Source: an uncultured Aliarcobacter sp. (GTDB taxonomy: Bacteria > Campylobacterota > Campylobacteria > Campylobacterales > Arcobacteraceae). Taken from it: DNA of 64,000 bases. This document shows, one piece after another, positions 9,754 to 20,588 of this stretch. The notes below the pieces were generated by a model. It did no database searches, was not told the DNA's origin, and worked only from the letters and a program-made list of their open reading frames with translations. The DNA is taken from assembly GCA_963677435.1 (NCBI GenBank), contig OY781945.1, forward strand, positions 2,464,001 to 2,528,000. Reading direction: 5' to 3'. Both the position numbers and the translations under genes were made by a program. Position 1 is the stretch's first letter; each line of letters begins with the position of its first letter.

Positions 9754-10444
9754 TTTTACTTCCTTTTTCTACTTTTTTTGTAGCTTTGTTAAAATAATAT
9801 ACGATACTTCCACCTAAAACTAAAGCAATTGAAATAGCTAAATACCAATGCTCTTTAGCCCATTCAAGAACAACTAAAATTTCATCTCCAAAATACCAAA
9901 CAGGAACAATTGTTAAAGCTGCCCAAAACCAAGCTGATAGAAGATTTATAAAAGCAAACATTCTTGCACTATATCTTGTTAGACCTATAGAAATTGGTAT
10001 AATTGTTCTCATTCCATACATATATCTTTGAGCAAAAATTATTGGCCAGCCATACTTTTTCAAAAGTAAATGAGCAAAGGCAAATTTTCTTCTTTGACCT
10101 TTAAATTTTTTGTGAACATAAGACTTGTTAAATCTTCCAATATAAAAATATACTTGATCTCCAGCAAATCCACCAAGACCTGCTACAAATATTGCTATAT
10201 AAAGATTCATATCCCCTGCATGAGATAATAATCCAGCCATTATAAGACCAGCTTCACCTTCTAGCATACCCCAAATAAATAATATTATATAGCCATATTT
10301 TTTCAGTAAATAAACAAACTTTTCTTCAACTCCAACTACTGGCGCTTGATATAAATTATACGCTAAAAATATAAAAAATATAATTATAAAAACTGCTAAT
10401 ATTTTCCCAAAATGAGGCTGAATTTTCCTAAAAAGATCTTTCAC
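9743..10444 (-). CDS. DedA family membrane protein
   Basis: LEGE...GDQVYFYIGR...RYMYGMR SNARE-assoc/DedA pattern; GTG start. Confidence 0.9.
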   Translation of the reverse strand: MKDLFRKIQPHFGKILAVFIIIFFIFLAYNLYQAPVVGVEEKFVYLLKKYGYIILFIWGMLEGEAGLIMAGLLSHAGDMNLYIAIFVAGLGGFAGDQVYFYIGRFNKSYVHKKFKGQRRKFAFAHLLLKKYGWPIIFAQRYMYGMRTIIPISIGLTRYSARMFAFINLLSAWFWAALTIVPVWYFGDEILVVLEWAKEHWYLAISIALVLGGSIVYYFNKATKKVEKGSKNEN

Positions 10445-10452
10445 AATGCCCC

Positions 10453-11661
10453 TTATTCAAAATTTAACAAACTCTTTGCTTGTACCATATCTTTATCGCC
10501 ACGCCCTGACAGACTTACAACTACAATTTTATCTTTAAACTTATCTTTTGCCTTTTTTAAATATGCAATTGCATGGGCTGATTCAAAAGCAGGAATAATT
10601 CCTTCACTTCTACTAAGCCACACAAAAGCATCTAAAGCTTCTTTATCTGTAATTGAATCATATTGAACTGATTTATTATCTTTATGAAAAGAGTGTTCAG
10701 GTCCAATTCCTGGATAATCAAGTCCTGCACTAAATGAATGAGCTTCTAAGACCTGCCCATCTTCATCTTGAAGTAAATATGAACATTGTCCATGTAAAAC
10801 TCCAGGTGTTCCTTTTTCTAGAGAACAACCATGTTTATCAGTATCAAGACCTAAACCACCAGCTTCAATTCCAATACAAGTTACTTCTTTATCTTCTAAA
10901 AAGTGTGAAAACATTCCAATAGCATTAGATCCACCACCAATACATGCAAGTACATAATCAGGTAATCTTCCCTCTTTTTCAAGAATTTGTTTTCTTGATT
11001 CAAAACCAATAACCGCTTGGAAGTCACGAACCATCATAGGATATGGGTGAGGACCTGCAACTGTACCAATTATATAAAAAGTATCTCTTGCGTTTGTAAC
11101 CCAGTATCTAATGGCATCATTCATTGCATCTTTTAATGTTTTACTTCCACTTTGAACGGCAATTACTTTTGCTCCTAAAAGTTTCATTCTAAATACATTT
11201 AATTCTTGTCTCTCAACATCTTTTGCACCCATAAAAATAGTACATTCAAGTCCCATAAGAGCAGCAATTGTTGCAGTTGCAACCCCATGTTGACCAGCAC
11301 CTGTTTCTGCAATTACTTTTGTTTTACCAAGTTTTTTTGCAAGTAAACCTTGAGCTATTACATTATTTACTTTATGGGCACCAGTATGATTTAAATCTTC
11401 TCTTTTTAAATATACTTTTGCACCAATTTCATCACTTACATTTTTTGCAAAATATAAAGGATTTTCTCGTCCTACATAATCTTTTAATAAATAATTAACT
11501 TCTGCCCAAAATTCTTTATCAAATCTATATTTTTTATATTCAGCTTCTAATTCTTTTAAAATTGGCATTAAAGTTTCAGGAACATATTGTCCTCCGAAAA
11601 TACCAAATTGACCTTTCTCATCTGGATCGTATATACTTGGTTTTGGAATATAATTACTCAT
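10453..11661 (-). CDS. trpB: Tryptophan synthase beta chain
   Basis: [15 protein letters not shown] (PLP Lys), [24 protein letters not shown]. Confidence 0.97.
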   Translation of the reverse strand: MSNYIPKPSIYDPDEKGQFGIFGGQYVPETLMPILKELEAEYKKYRFDKEFWAEVNYLLKDYVGRENPLYFAKNVSDEIGAKVYLKREDLNHTGAHKVNNVIAQGLLAKKLGKTKVIAETGAGQHGVATATIAALMGLECTIFMGAKDVERQELNVFRMKLLGAKVIAVQSGSKTLKDAMNDAIRYWVTNARDTFYIIGTVAGPHPYPMMVRDFQAVIGFESRKQILEKEGRLPDYVLACIGGGSNAIGMFSHFLEDKEVTCIGIEAGGLGLDTDKHGCSLEKGTPGVLHGQCSYLLQDEDGQVLEAHSFSAGLDYPGIGPEHSFHKDNKSVQYDSITDKEALDAFVWLSRSEGIIPAFESAHAIAYLKKAKDKFKDKIVVVSLSGRGDKDMVQAKSLLNFE

Positions 11662-11684
11662 TTATTTCTCTTTTTATTAAATTA

Positions 11685-12242
11685 TTAAATTTCTAACACC
11701 GAATAAACTGGCACAATATCTCTAAGTTTTTTTGCACCATCTAATATTTGTATATTCATTAAAAAACACACTTCTACTAAATTTACATCTAATTTTTTAA
11801 TTAATGTAGCAGCTGCATTTGCAGTTCCACCACTAACAATAATATCATCTATTAATAAAACATTTACATTTTTCTCATTATTAAAAGCATCAAGGTGAAT
11901 TTCTACTTCATCAAAACCATATTCTAGTTCATATTTTTCACATACAGTTGTACTTGGAAGTTTACCTTTTTTTCTAACAGGAACAAAACCAACACCCAAT
12001 CTATCAGCAAGTGCTGCACCAAAAATAAAACCTCTTGAGTCAATTCCTGCGACATAATCTAAATTGTAAGATTTATATCTTTGTTCTAAATGGCTCATTA
12101 AAAGCTTGAATGCTTCTTTATTATTTAATAAAGTTGTAATATCTTTAAAAACTATTCCATGCTTTGGAAAATCATTAACACTTCTTATTGAATCTAGTAA
12201 TATCTTTTTATCTTTTTCATTTAATATTATATTTTCACTCAA
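11685..12242 (-). CDS. apt: Adenine phosphoribosyltransferase
   Basis: [33 protein letters not shown] loop [15 protein letters not shown] start. Confidence 0.95.
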   Translation of the reverse strand: MSENIILNEKDKKILLDSIRSVNDFPKHGIVFKDITTLLNNKEAFKLLMSHLEQRYKSYNLDYVAGIDSRGFIFGAALADRLGVGFVPVRKKGKLPSTTVCEKYELEYGFDEVEIHLDAFNNEKNVNVLLIDDIIVSGGTANAAATLIKKLDVNLVEVCFLMNIQILDGAKKLRDIVPVYSVLEI

Positions 12243-12376
12243 TTAAAATCCTTTTATACTCACTACTTTGTGAAAAGTTTTTTATTCTACCTAAATATTT
12301 ATTATTGTTTTATGATGTTTTTTAAATATTTAAGAATATATTAAATATAATATTTTAAATTATTATATGGATTAAA

Positions 12377-13180
12377 ATGAAACTACTATTACTTTTATTT
12401 CTATTTCTAAACTTACATTCTCAAGAACTTCAAAAAGCAAAAATATATGATAAATTAATACATAAAATAAACAACTGGTATATGAGTGAAAAACTTGACG
12501 GGATTAGAGCATATTGGAATGGTAAAGAGCTTTTAAGTAAAAATGGCAATAAAATTTATACTCCAGATTGGTTTATAAAAGATTTTCCAGATTTTGAGCT
12601 TGATGGTGAATTATGGACAAAAAGGGATGATTTTGAGAATATTCAAGCAATTGTTTTGGATAAAAATCCATCGAAGAAGTGGCAAGAGATAACTTATAAT
12701 ATCTTTGAAGTTCCAAATGCAAAAGGAGATTTTGATAAAAGATTAGAAAAAATAAGAAATTATTTAGATAAAAAACCAAATAAATTTATAAAAATAATTC
12801 CTCAAATAATCTTTAAAAATGATGCTCAACTAAATGATTATTTAAAAAAACTTATTGATGAAAAAGCTGAGGGATTGATGTTAAAAAATCCAAAATTAGA
12901 ATATTTTAGAGGTAGAAGTGAAAATATTTTGAAGGTTAAAAAATTTTATGATGATGAAGCTTTAGTTATTGGTTTAAATTATTCAAAAACAAATGACTTT
13001 AAAAGTTTAAAAGTAAAATTAAAAAATGGAATTATTTTTAATTTAGGAGGAGGTTTTTCAGATATACAAAGGGAAAATCCTCCAAAAATTGGAGATATTG
13101 TAACTTTTAAATATTATGATTTAACAAAAAACTCTAAACCAAAATTTGCCTCTTTTTTACGAATTAGAAAAAAAGAATAA
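12377..13180 (+). CDS. Minimal ATP-dependent DNA ligase with N-terminal signal peptide (Lig E type)
   Basis: MKLLLLLFLFLNLHS leader; adenylation motif SEKLDGIRAYWNG, LDGELW, EGLML, KVK; OB-fold GGGFSD...PKFASFLR. Confidence 0.9.
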   Translation: MKLLLLLFLFLNLHSQELQKAKIYDKLIHKINNWYMSEKLDGIRAYWNGKELLSKNGNKIYTPDWFIKDFPDFELDGELWTKRDDFENIQAIVLDKNPSKKWQEITYNIFEVPNAKGDFDKRLEKIRNYLDKKPNKFIKIIPQIIFKNDAQLNDYLKKLIDEKAEGLMLKNPKLEYFRGRSENILKVKKFYDDEALVIGLNYSKTNDFKSLKVKLKNGIIFNLGGGFSDIQRENPPKIGDIVTFKYYDLTKNSKPKFASFLRIRKKE

Positions 13181-13184
13181 AGAT

Positions 13185-13583
13185 TTAGTAAAGTTCATAA
13201 GAAGAGGTGAAAATGCCTGCATCTCTAATTTTTTTACAAATTGTTGTATCTTTTGTTGAATCAACAGTGAGTTCAATTCTTTTATCACTACTATCTGAAG
13301 TTTTTATTTCAAGACTTAAGCAACTGTTTTTATCAACTAATGTTGTATCTGTTTGGGTCCAGTTGGTATCATTTACACTTAAAGCATCACTTATTTTATC
13401 GATTTTTTGATTTAGTAAATAATAACTTTGAATTGAAGTAACTGCTGTATTTAAATCTCTTTTTATAGTTGAAACTAAGGCTGTGTCTTTTGTATCAATA
13501 TATTTTGGAATTGCAAAGGATGCCACAATTCCTAAAATTACAATTGCAAAAATAAGTTCTAAAAGTGAAAATGCTGACTTCAT
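13185..13583 (-). CDS. Type IV pilin/T2SS pseudopilin-like protein (prepilin N-terminal cleavage/methylation motif)
   Basis: MKSA/FSLLELIFAIVILGIVASFAIPK with Phe+1 and Glu+5; a pair of C-terminal Cys. Confidence 0.85.
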   Translation of the reverse strand: MKSAFSLLELIFAIVILGIVASFAIPKYIDTKDTALVSTIKRDLNTAVTSIQSYYLLNQKIDKISDALSVNDTNWTQTDTTLVDKNSCLSLEIKTSDSSDKRIELTVDSTKDTTICKKIRDAGIFTSSYELY

Positions 13584-13642
13584 AATAATCCTTAAAAAAT
13601 AATTTTAAAGATTATAATAAGTTATTTCTTATAATAAGATAA

Positions 13643-15385
13643 TTAGTTATTTAATTTATGAATAAATTCGGGAACAATCTCTTTTAATTTTGAAATTTTA
13701 TCTTCACATACTAATAATTCTTGAATTTTTTTATTTAGTTCATCAATATCAAAATAAGTTGAATTTGCAACTGTTATTGATTCGTAATCTGTTCTTTTGT
13801 CACTTTCATTTATTAAAAGCTCTTCATAAAGTTTTTCACCACATCTTAATCCACAATATTCTATTTTAATATTTTCTTTACCTGATAACTCAATCATTTT
13901 TTTTGCTAAATCAACGATTTTAATAGGCTCACCCATATCTAAAATAAATATTTCTCCACCTTTTCCAATACTTGCAGCTTGAAGAACTAATTCACAAGCT
14001 TCAGGGATTAACATAAAATATCTTGTAATATCTGGATGTGTAACAGTTATTGGGCCACCTGCTTCTATTTGAGCTTTAAATTTAGGAATTACACTTCCAC
14101 TACTTCCTAAAACATTTCCAAATCTAACTGCAACTATTTCAGTTGTGTTACTTTTTACATTTTGAGTATACAATTCACAAATTCTTTTTGTTGTTCCCAT
14201 TACATTTGTAGGCCGAACTGCTTTATCTGTTGAAATTAATACAAATTTTTCAACGCCATGTTTTATTGAAATATCTATACAGTTTTTTGTACCTATAATA
14301 TTATTAGAAATACCCTCTAAAATGTTATCTTCAACTAAAGGTACATGTTTATATGCAGCTGCGTGTATTACTATTTGTGGTTTATATTTTGAAAATGTGT
14401 TTTCTAAAAAATCAAAATTTCTAACTGTTTGCATTACAGGGATTACATCATCACCTTTTAACTCTTCCATAATAGAATAAAGATTAAATTCACTGTGATC
14501 CAAAAGTATTAATTGTTTTGCACCAAAAAGTTTACATTGTCTACTTATTTCACTTCCAATACTTCCACCTGCACCTGTGATTAAAACAACTTTATTTTTT
14601 ATGAAATTCTCTATTTGTTTTTTATCTAAATCTTTTGGATGACGAGCAAGTAAATCTTCTACTGAGATATCTTTTAACTGTTTTGTAAACTCTTCTTTTC
14701 TTAATATTTTTTCAATTGTTGGTAATATTTTAATAGTCGCAAAATAATTTTGCATATTTTCATAAACTAATTTTATTTGCTCTTTTGTTGCTGATGGAAT
14801 TGCAACTACCATCATATCAAACCTTTGTCCTTCAAATAAACTACAATATTTATCTTGTGAATATATTGAAATACCATCAATACTTCTATGATGTAAAATT
14901 TCATCATCATCAATAAAACATACAAGATGATATTCACTATTTAAAAATTCTCTTTGTAATTGAAGTCCTGCTTTCCCAGCTCCATAAATAACCAATTTTT
15001 TTGTTTTTTTGTTTTTTCCAACAGCATGATAATACTTGTAAACATACACTAAAATATTCACAGCAAAAGTATAAAATATCAAATCAATAAACATAAGATT
15101 AAAATATATTTTAAATCCATAATATAAAATAGGCATATAAATTAAAAAACTTATAATTGCCAATATTACTTTCATAAGTCCAGTTTTTGTAGATGCTTTG
15201 GACCATGAAAGTTTATAATCATCAAAAAATAAAAAAGAACAAATAACTCTTGTAAAAAGTATAACACTCAAAGCAATAATAGAAAACTCTTTTTCTAATA
15301 AGACTGTTACCAGTAAAAAAGAAAAAGCTGATATTACTAATGTTGCTATTATTCCTAAAAATCTTTTGTCTTGTAAATAATTCAT
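13643..15385 (-). CDS. pglF: UDP-N-acetylglucosamine 4,6-dehydratase (PglF/WbpM/CapD family)
   Basis: Four N-terminal TM helices, IYGAGKAG, TGAGGSIGSE, HAAAYKHVP, STDKAVRPTNVMG, RFGNVLGSSGSVIP, GEKLYEEL. Confidence 0.92.
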   Translation of the reverse strand: MNYLQDKRFLGIIATLVISAFSFLLVTVLLEKEFSIIALSVILFTRVICSFLFFDDYKLSWSKASTKTGLMKVILAIISFLIYMPILYYGFKIYFNLMFIDLIFYTFAVNILVYVYKYYHAVGKNKKTKKLVIYGAGKAGLQLQREFLNSEYHLVCFIDDDEILHHRSIDGISIYSQDKYCSLFEGQRFDMMVVAIPSATKEQIKLVYENMQNYFATIKILPTIEKILRKEEFTKQLKDISVEDLLARHPKDLDKKQIENFIKNKVVLITGAGGSIGSEISRQCKLFGAKQLILLDHSEFNLYSIMEELKGDDVIPVMQTVRNFDFLENTFSKYKPQIVIHAAAYKHVPLVEDNILEGISNNIIGTKNCIDISIKHGVEKFVLISTDKAVRPTNVMGTTKRICELYTQNVKSNTTEIVAVRFGNVLGSSGSVIPKFKAQIEAGGPITVTHPDITRYFMLIPEACELVLQAASIGKGGEIFILDMGEPIKIVDLAKKMIELSGKENIKIEYCGLRCGEKLYEELLINESDKRTDYESITVANSTYFDIDELNKKIQELLVCEDKISKLKEIVPEFIHKLNN

Positions 15386-15422
15386 AAAAACCTTTTTAAT
15401 AATAATTTAATATCTTTGAAAT

Positions 15423-16385
15423 TTATTCAAATCTTTTTTTACTATCAATAAACTTCATAACTAAAATAAGAAATATTAAAGCAAACATAAAAGCAATAAA
15501 AATATTTGACACAAAATAAACGATACAAAATAATACTATATTCAATAATATTGAATAATTTGTCACTTTATAGTGACTCCATCCAACTTGAGATAGTCTT
15601 TGATATGCATGTTTTTTGTGTGCTTGAGATAATTTTTCTTTATTTAATTTTCTTCTTATCAAAGTCAAAGTTGCATCAAACCAATAAACACTAAATAAGA
15701 TAATCCAAATCCAGAAATTTGTAGCTTCTTGATTTGCATAATAAATAGTAAAAATTGCTATATTATATCCTAAAAGTGTGCTTCCAACATCTCCCATAAA
15801 TATCTTTGCAATGTTGAAATTCCAATATAAAAATCCTAAAACTGCAACAATTAAAACTAAAAAATGGTTTCCACCAAATAAAATAAATCCAGCAAGTGCT
15901 AAAAATATAGCTTCACTTCCAGCATATCCATTTATTCCATCAAGAAAATTATAAAGATTTATAAACCAAATAATCATAAAAAATGCAAAAATATTTGTAA
16001 AAATTGGATTTTGAATATCAAAAATACCAAAGGTTAAAATATCAAATCCACCTAAACAATAAAGTCCAACAATTGCAACTATAGCTTGTATGCTAAGTCT
16101 GAGTTTTGGGCTTAATTCATATATATCATCAAAAAAACTCACAATTGAAATAATAAAACCAAAAAGTAAAGCATAAAAAAGATTAGTTTCTATTTGAGCT
16201 GTAAAATACAGATAAACCAATCCTATAAACCAAGTAATTGCAATAGCAATTCCTCCACCATGAGGAGTAGGATTCGTATGAGAACTTCTCTCATTTACTT
16301 GGGCAATTAATGATTTTTTTATTGCATAGTTTTTTATGAAGTATGTTAGTGAAAATGATATTAGTAAAAGTACTAAATAAATCAA
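15423..16385 (-). CDS. Undecaprenyl-phosphate N-acetylhexosamine-1-phosphate transferase (MraY/WecA/WbpL family), initiating transferase
   Basis: RSSHTNPTPHGGG, SFFDD, NLYNFLDGING, KIFMGDVGS, AHKKHAYQRL. Confidence 0.92.
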   Translation of the reverse strand: MIYLVLLLISFSLTYFIKNYAIKKSLIAQVNERSSHTNPTPHGGGIAIAITWFIGLVYLYFTAQIETNLFYALLFGFIISIVSFFDDIYELSPKLRLSIQAIVAIVGLYCLGGFDILTFGIFDIQNPIFTNIFAFFMIIWFINLYNFLDGINGYAGSEAIFLALAGFILFGGNHFLVLIVAVLGFLYWNFNIAKIFMGDVGSTLLGYNIAIFTIYYANQEATNFWIWIILFSVYWFDATLTLIRRKLNKEKLSQAHKKHAYQRLSQVGWSHYKVTNYSILLNIVLFCIVYFVSNIFIAFMFALIFLILVMKFIDSKKRFE

Positions 16386-17239
16386 ATGCTTTCTCCTTTT
16401 ATCATTAATCTTATCCCTTCTTCTACACTATAAGGATTTTTTAGATTTAACTTCTCTTTTGTAAGACTATTATCTATTTCTAAACTTCCATAAAGTCTTT
16501 TATGAAATGATGGTTTTAATATTTTTAATAAACTTTCAAAAAATGGTATTTTTAAAAGATATATCTTTTTATCAAGATTTTTTGCCATAAGTTCAATAAG
16601 TTTTGAAGTACTAAGAGGTTCATCATCGCTAGCTAGAAATATTCCTGATTCTTGTTGAGTTATTACCTCATCTACAATATGACAAAGATTTTGTATAGAT
16701 ATAAAACTTCTTTTATTTTCTATTCTACATAGTGGAATAATAGGTATTTTTTTAACAAGCCTTACTAAACTATCTATATTGCCAGGAGCATTTTTACCAT
16801 AAATCATTGGTGGTCTTATTATAGTTACTGTAAAATTATTATCATTTAATTCTAATAATTGCTTTTCCGATTCTAACTTGCTTTTTCCATAGGGTGTAAT
16901 TGGATCACAAATTGTATTTTCATCTAATTTTTTTTCATCTTCAGCATAAACAGCAATAGTACTTATAAATACAAACTGCTTTACACCATTTTGTTTTGCT
17001 AATTTTGCTAATTTTACTGGATAATCTACATTTATCTCATAATATTTTTCATAAGGATGTTCTATCTTTTGATGTACGAGTGCAGCACAGTGTAATAATA
17101 TTTCTATGCTATCAAAATTTATATTTTCTAATTTTTGGGTTAATAGTGAAAATTTTTCAAATGAATATTTATTTTTGTATTGATTTAAAAAGCGACTTCC
17201 TAAATAACCATTTGCACCTGTTAATAAAATTTTATTCAT
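16382..17239 (-). CDS. NAD-dependent epimerase/reductase (WbpV/WbpK-like 4-keto reductase)
   Basis: LLTGANGYLG, HCAALVH, YGKSK, IRPPMIYG, NKRSFI; adjacent to WbpL- and WbpM-like genes. Confidence 0.8.
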   Translation of the reverse strand: MNKILLTGANGYLGSRFLNQYKNKYSFEKFSLLTQKLENINFDSIEILLHCAALVHQKIEHPYEKYYEINVDYPVKLAKLAKQNGVKQFVFISTIAVYAEDEKKLDENTICDPITPYGKSKLESEKQLLELNDNNFTVTIIRPPMIYGKNAPGNIDSLVRLVKKIPIIPLCRIENKRSFISIQNLCHIVDEVITQQESGIFLASDDEPLSTSKLIELMAKNLDKKIYLLKIPFFESLLKILKPSFHKRLYGSLEIDNSLTKEKLNLKNPYSVEEGIRLMIKGESI

Positions 17240-18345
17240 TTTAATATTTCTTCAATAGTTTTTATATATTTATTTATTACTATTTTTTCATCAAAGAAAT
17301 TTATCATCTTCTCTCTTCCAGCTTTTCCCATAAAACTTCGCTCATTATCAGTCAAATTTAACATTTTTTCCATTTTTAAAGCTAAATTGACAGAATCTTT
17401 TATATTACAAAGAAATCCATTAATACCATCATCTACAACATCTTTACAACCTACATTATCAGTAGTTATTATTGCTTTCTCCATACTTGCACTTTCAAGA
17501 AGTATTCTTGGTGTTCCTTCTCTATAAAATGATGGTAGGACTACACAATCAGCTTTAGATATCTCTACTCTAACATCATCACTACTACCTAAATAATTTA
17601 CAAAACCATTTTTTACCCATATATCCATTTGCTCTTTTGATATTGCCGTTGGACTTTCTACATCGAGATAACCTAAAAGTTGAAATTCAACATTGTTATA
17701 TTTATTTTTTATAATTCCCGATGCTTCAACAAACTCTTGTATTCCTTTTGCCCAAAGCATTCTTGACACTAATAAAAATCTAAAAATTCCATCATCTTTT
17801 TTTTCTACTGGCAGAAATTTTTCAACATCTACACCACTTCCAGGAAGAATATCACATTTTTCTTTTTGAACTAAATTTTCATCTACAAACATTTTAAAAT
17901 CATCCTGATTTTGGAAAAATATTTTTGTAGCTCTTTTTTGTGAAAATTTATATAAGAATTTTGCTATTTTAGTAACAAAATTTTGTTTTATAAAAAGTGT
18001 TCCCAATCCTGCTATATTATTTATAGTTGGGATATTTAGCATACTTGCTGCTATTGTTCCATAGATGTTTGGTTTAATATTGTAATGCAATATTATATCT
18101 GGTTTAATATCTTTATAAACATTATAAAAGGCATATATAGTTTTTAAATCTTCAATAGGATTCATACCTTTTGAATTTATATATATATCTTTATATTCAA
18201 AATGCTCTTTTATATTTTCACTATATTTATCATAAGGAGAAATAAAAAGAACTTCATATCCTTCTTTTTGAAAAGCGAATCCAAGATTTGCTCTCATATT
18301 CCAAGCATACCATGAATCATTTACTACTATTGCTATTTTTTTCAT
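17236..18345 (-). CDS. Glycosyltransferase family 4 (CapM/PglA/WbpU-like)
   Basis: IKPNIYG, FFQNQDD, PGSGVD, SRMLWAKG, LPSFYREGTPRILLE. Confidence 0.92.
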   Translation of the reverse strand: MKKIAIVVNDSWYAWNMRANLGFAFQKEGYEVLFISPYDKYSENIKEHFEYKDIYINSKGMNPIEDLKTIYAFYNVYKDIKPDIILHYNIKPNIYGTIAASMLNIPTINNIAGLGTLFIKQNFVTKIAKFLYKFSQKRATKIFFQNQDDFKMFVDENLVQKEKCDILPGSGVDVEKFLPVEKKDDGIFRFLLVSRMLWAKGIQEFVEASGIIKNKYNNVEFQLLGYLDVESPTAISKEQMDIWVKNGFVNYLGSSDDVRVEISKADCVVLPSFYREGTPRILLESASMEKAIITTDNVGCKDVVDDGINGFLCNIKDSVNLALKMEKMLNLTDNERSFMGKAGREKMINFFDEKIVINKYIKTIEEILK

Positions 18346-19423
18346 AATAATCTTTCTTTATAAATTTATTTCTTTTTGCTAAAAATATATAAAATATTAA
18401 TTCAATAAAAAATACATAATATCCTGCTCTATATCTTATTGCCGTTGAATAATTGGAAACACCAAAAGGATAGGATAGGATTAAAACACCTAGTACTATA
18501 AAAATAAATATTGAAATATTTAATGTATTTACTTTTATATTTATACTTTGCGTCATAATATAAAATATTATGACGCAAAGAGTCATACTTTCAAGATATA
18601 CAGGCAATATCTGTATTCTTTCTAGTGTTTCCATTAAAGAAGGACCTGTAAATCCTAAAAAAATACCCTCTGGTATTTTAAATAAAAAATCATAGTCATC
18701 TTGCCAAAATGGTTCTTGCCTAGTTGAGTTTCCTTCTAAAGAAAAATAAGCCGGTATATGATAAAAGATCCTATTTATTTCATCTCCAAATATTATTACT
18801 ATAGATATCCCTATTACAATAAAAAACATTATTAAGCTAATATCTCCATATTTTTTAATTCCTAATTTCCTTTTTATATATACAAATATAATAAAAATTA
18901 TAATAGGAACAATATATTGAGGTTTCATTAATAAACCAAAATATAATGCAATAAATTCTATTAAACTAAAAAAACGCATTTTATCTATAAAATCAATTAA
19001 GTATCCAAATAAAATTCCCATTACTAAAACTGAAATGGCTTCTTTTCCTGCAATTGAAGTCCAAATAGAAAAAGATGGGAAAGATAATATAATTAATAAC
19101 AAAATTAAATCTTTTTTTGCTAAATCCATTTTGTTTACTGAATAATATATACCGTAAAAGGAAATATACATAAATATTATACTTGTTAGTAATTCACCAA
19201 AACACATATACAATATATGACTAATAGTCCCAACAAATGCTGTTGAACTTATAAACATATTTGAAGGTGCAAAATGATATCCATTAAGATAAGATTGCAT
19301 GTCACCTAACTGAACAATTTTTGAATATACAAATAATGTGAAAAAAACATACAACAATTTTATTATAAAAAAATAAAACCAAATTTTTTTAAATACAAAT
19401 GCTTTGTTTAAATTAATTTTCAT
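18317..19423 (-). CDS. wzy: Probable Wzy O-antigen polymerase
   Basis: About 10 TM segments with a large loop, very AT-rich, lies between two GT genes in a cluster that has wzx and wzz; WTSIAGKE and NYSTAIRYR motifs. Confidence 0.65.
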   Translation of the reverse strand: MKINLNKAFVFKKIWFYFFIIKLLYVFFTLFVYSKIVQLGDMQSYLNGYHFAPSNMFISSTAFVGTISHILYMCFGELLTSIIFMYISFYGIYYSVNKMDLAKKDLILLLIILSFPSFSIWTSIAGKEAISVLVMGILFGYLIDFIDKMRFFSLIEFIALYFGLLMKPQYIVPIIIFIIFVYIKRKLGIKKYGDISLIMFFIVIGISIVIIFGDEINRIFYHIPAYFSLEGNSTRQEPFWQDDYDFLFKIPEGIFLGFTGPSLMETLERIQILPVYLESMTLCVIIFYIMTQSINIKVNTLNISIFIFIVLGVLILSYPFGVSNYSTAIRYRAGYYVFFIELIFYIFLAKRNKFIKKDYYEKNSNSSK

Positions 19424-20579
19424 TCAATATCTTTTTATATAAATTTTTATAATTTTTATAAAAATTTGATATGTCAAAAGTTTTAGATACATAATTAAAT
19501 ACTTGTTCTTCATATATTTTATAATTTTTAGATTCATTTAATGAAATTATCTTATTTGCTAATTCATCAACACTAGACGAAGAAAATATACTATTATCAA
19601 AAGAGTTGTAGTTATCTAATGTTTGTATTCCAACTATTGGTTTTGAAGCCATTCCTGCTTGTAAACCTGCAATACCAGTAGAATTACCAACCATAGCTAC
19701 TATAAATATATCACTTATATTTACTAATTGTTGTGGATTATCAACATAACCTGTAAGTATTACATAATCTGATATACCTAATTCAATGATAGTTTTTTCA
19801 ATTTTATCTCTATCTTCTCCATCTCCACAAATTACAAATTTAAAATCTTTAAACTCTTTATCTATTAATTTTTTTGTTATTTCAAGCATAACATCAATTC
19901 TTTTTTCAAAGAATCTTAGTCTTGAAATTGTCATTAAAGTCATTATTTTTGTTGTGTCATAATTAATATATTTTTCACAAAAATTATTTATTACTAAATC
20001 ATTAATTTTTTCTTTTGAAGGAACACCAAAAGGAATAAAAGAAATATTCTTTGCAAAACTATATTTTTTAATATTATTTATCTCATGTTCTCCAATTTCA
20101 TAAATTATATGATCTACTAAACTCCAACTTATAGGAAAAATAATTTTATTAAATCTCTTTAATAAATGCCAATTTGTATGAAAGGTTTCTACAAATTTAG
20201 TTCTTTTATTTAATAGAAATTTAGAAAATAGTTTAAAAAATGGTAAATAAAAACTAGATATTGTCATATTAATATGTATAATATCAAATTTGTACATTTT
20301 TAAATACATATACAAATAAATAGATATTAGGGGACTAAATACATATAAAATCATTTTAAGTATTTTATTTATTATAGAACTTGAACTTAAAGTATTTTCA
20401 AAGAGACTTTTAATTATTACTTTTTCACTTAATCTTGATACATTATATTTATCTTCTTTATATCTTAAAAATAAAAATAACGTTACTTCATTATCTTTTG
20501 AAAAATTATTGGATAAATTAACCAAAATATCTTCTGCACCACCTTTTCCTAATTGAGGAGAAATATATAAAATTTTCAT
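19413..20579 (-). CDS. Glycosyltransferase family 4
   Basis: MKILYISPQLGKGGAE, ISRLRFFEKR, ICGDGEDR; GT-B fold. Confidence 0.85.
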   Translation of the reverse strand: MKILYISPQLGKGGAEDILVNLSNNFSKDNEVTLFLFLRYKEDKYNVSRLSEKVIIKSLFENTLSSSSIINKILKMILYVFSPLISIYLYMYLKMYKFDIIHINMTISSFYLPFFKLFSKFLLNKRTKFVETFHTNWHLLKRFNKIIFPISWSLVDHIIYEIGEHEINNIKKYSFAKNISFIPFGVPSKEKINDLVINNFCEKYINYDTTKIMTLMTISRLRFFEKRIDVMLEITKKLIDKEFKDFKFVICGDGEDRDKIEKTIIELGISDYVILTGYVDNPQQLVNISDIFIVAMVGNSTGIAGLQAGMASKPIVGIQTLDNYNSFDNSIFSSSSVDELANKIISLNESKNYKIYEEQVFNYVSKTFDISNFYKNYKNLYKKILNEN

Positions 20580-20588
20580 TTAAATCCT

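Noticed and set aside
10453..11661. trpB separated from trpA and trpE as a novel stand-alone TrpB2
   Set aside because: Length and motifs fit ordinary TrpB1, and scattered trp genes are unremarkable.
13643..18345. Campylobacter-type N-glycosylation (pgl) locus
   Set aside because: No pglB, pglE, pglC or pglK here; the initiating transferase is WecA/WbpL-type and wzx/wzy/wzz are present.
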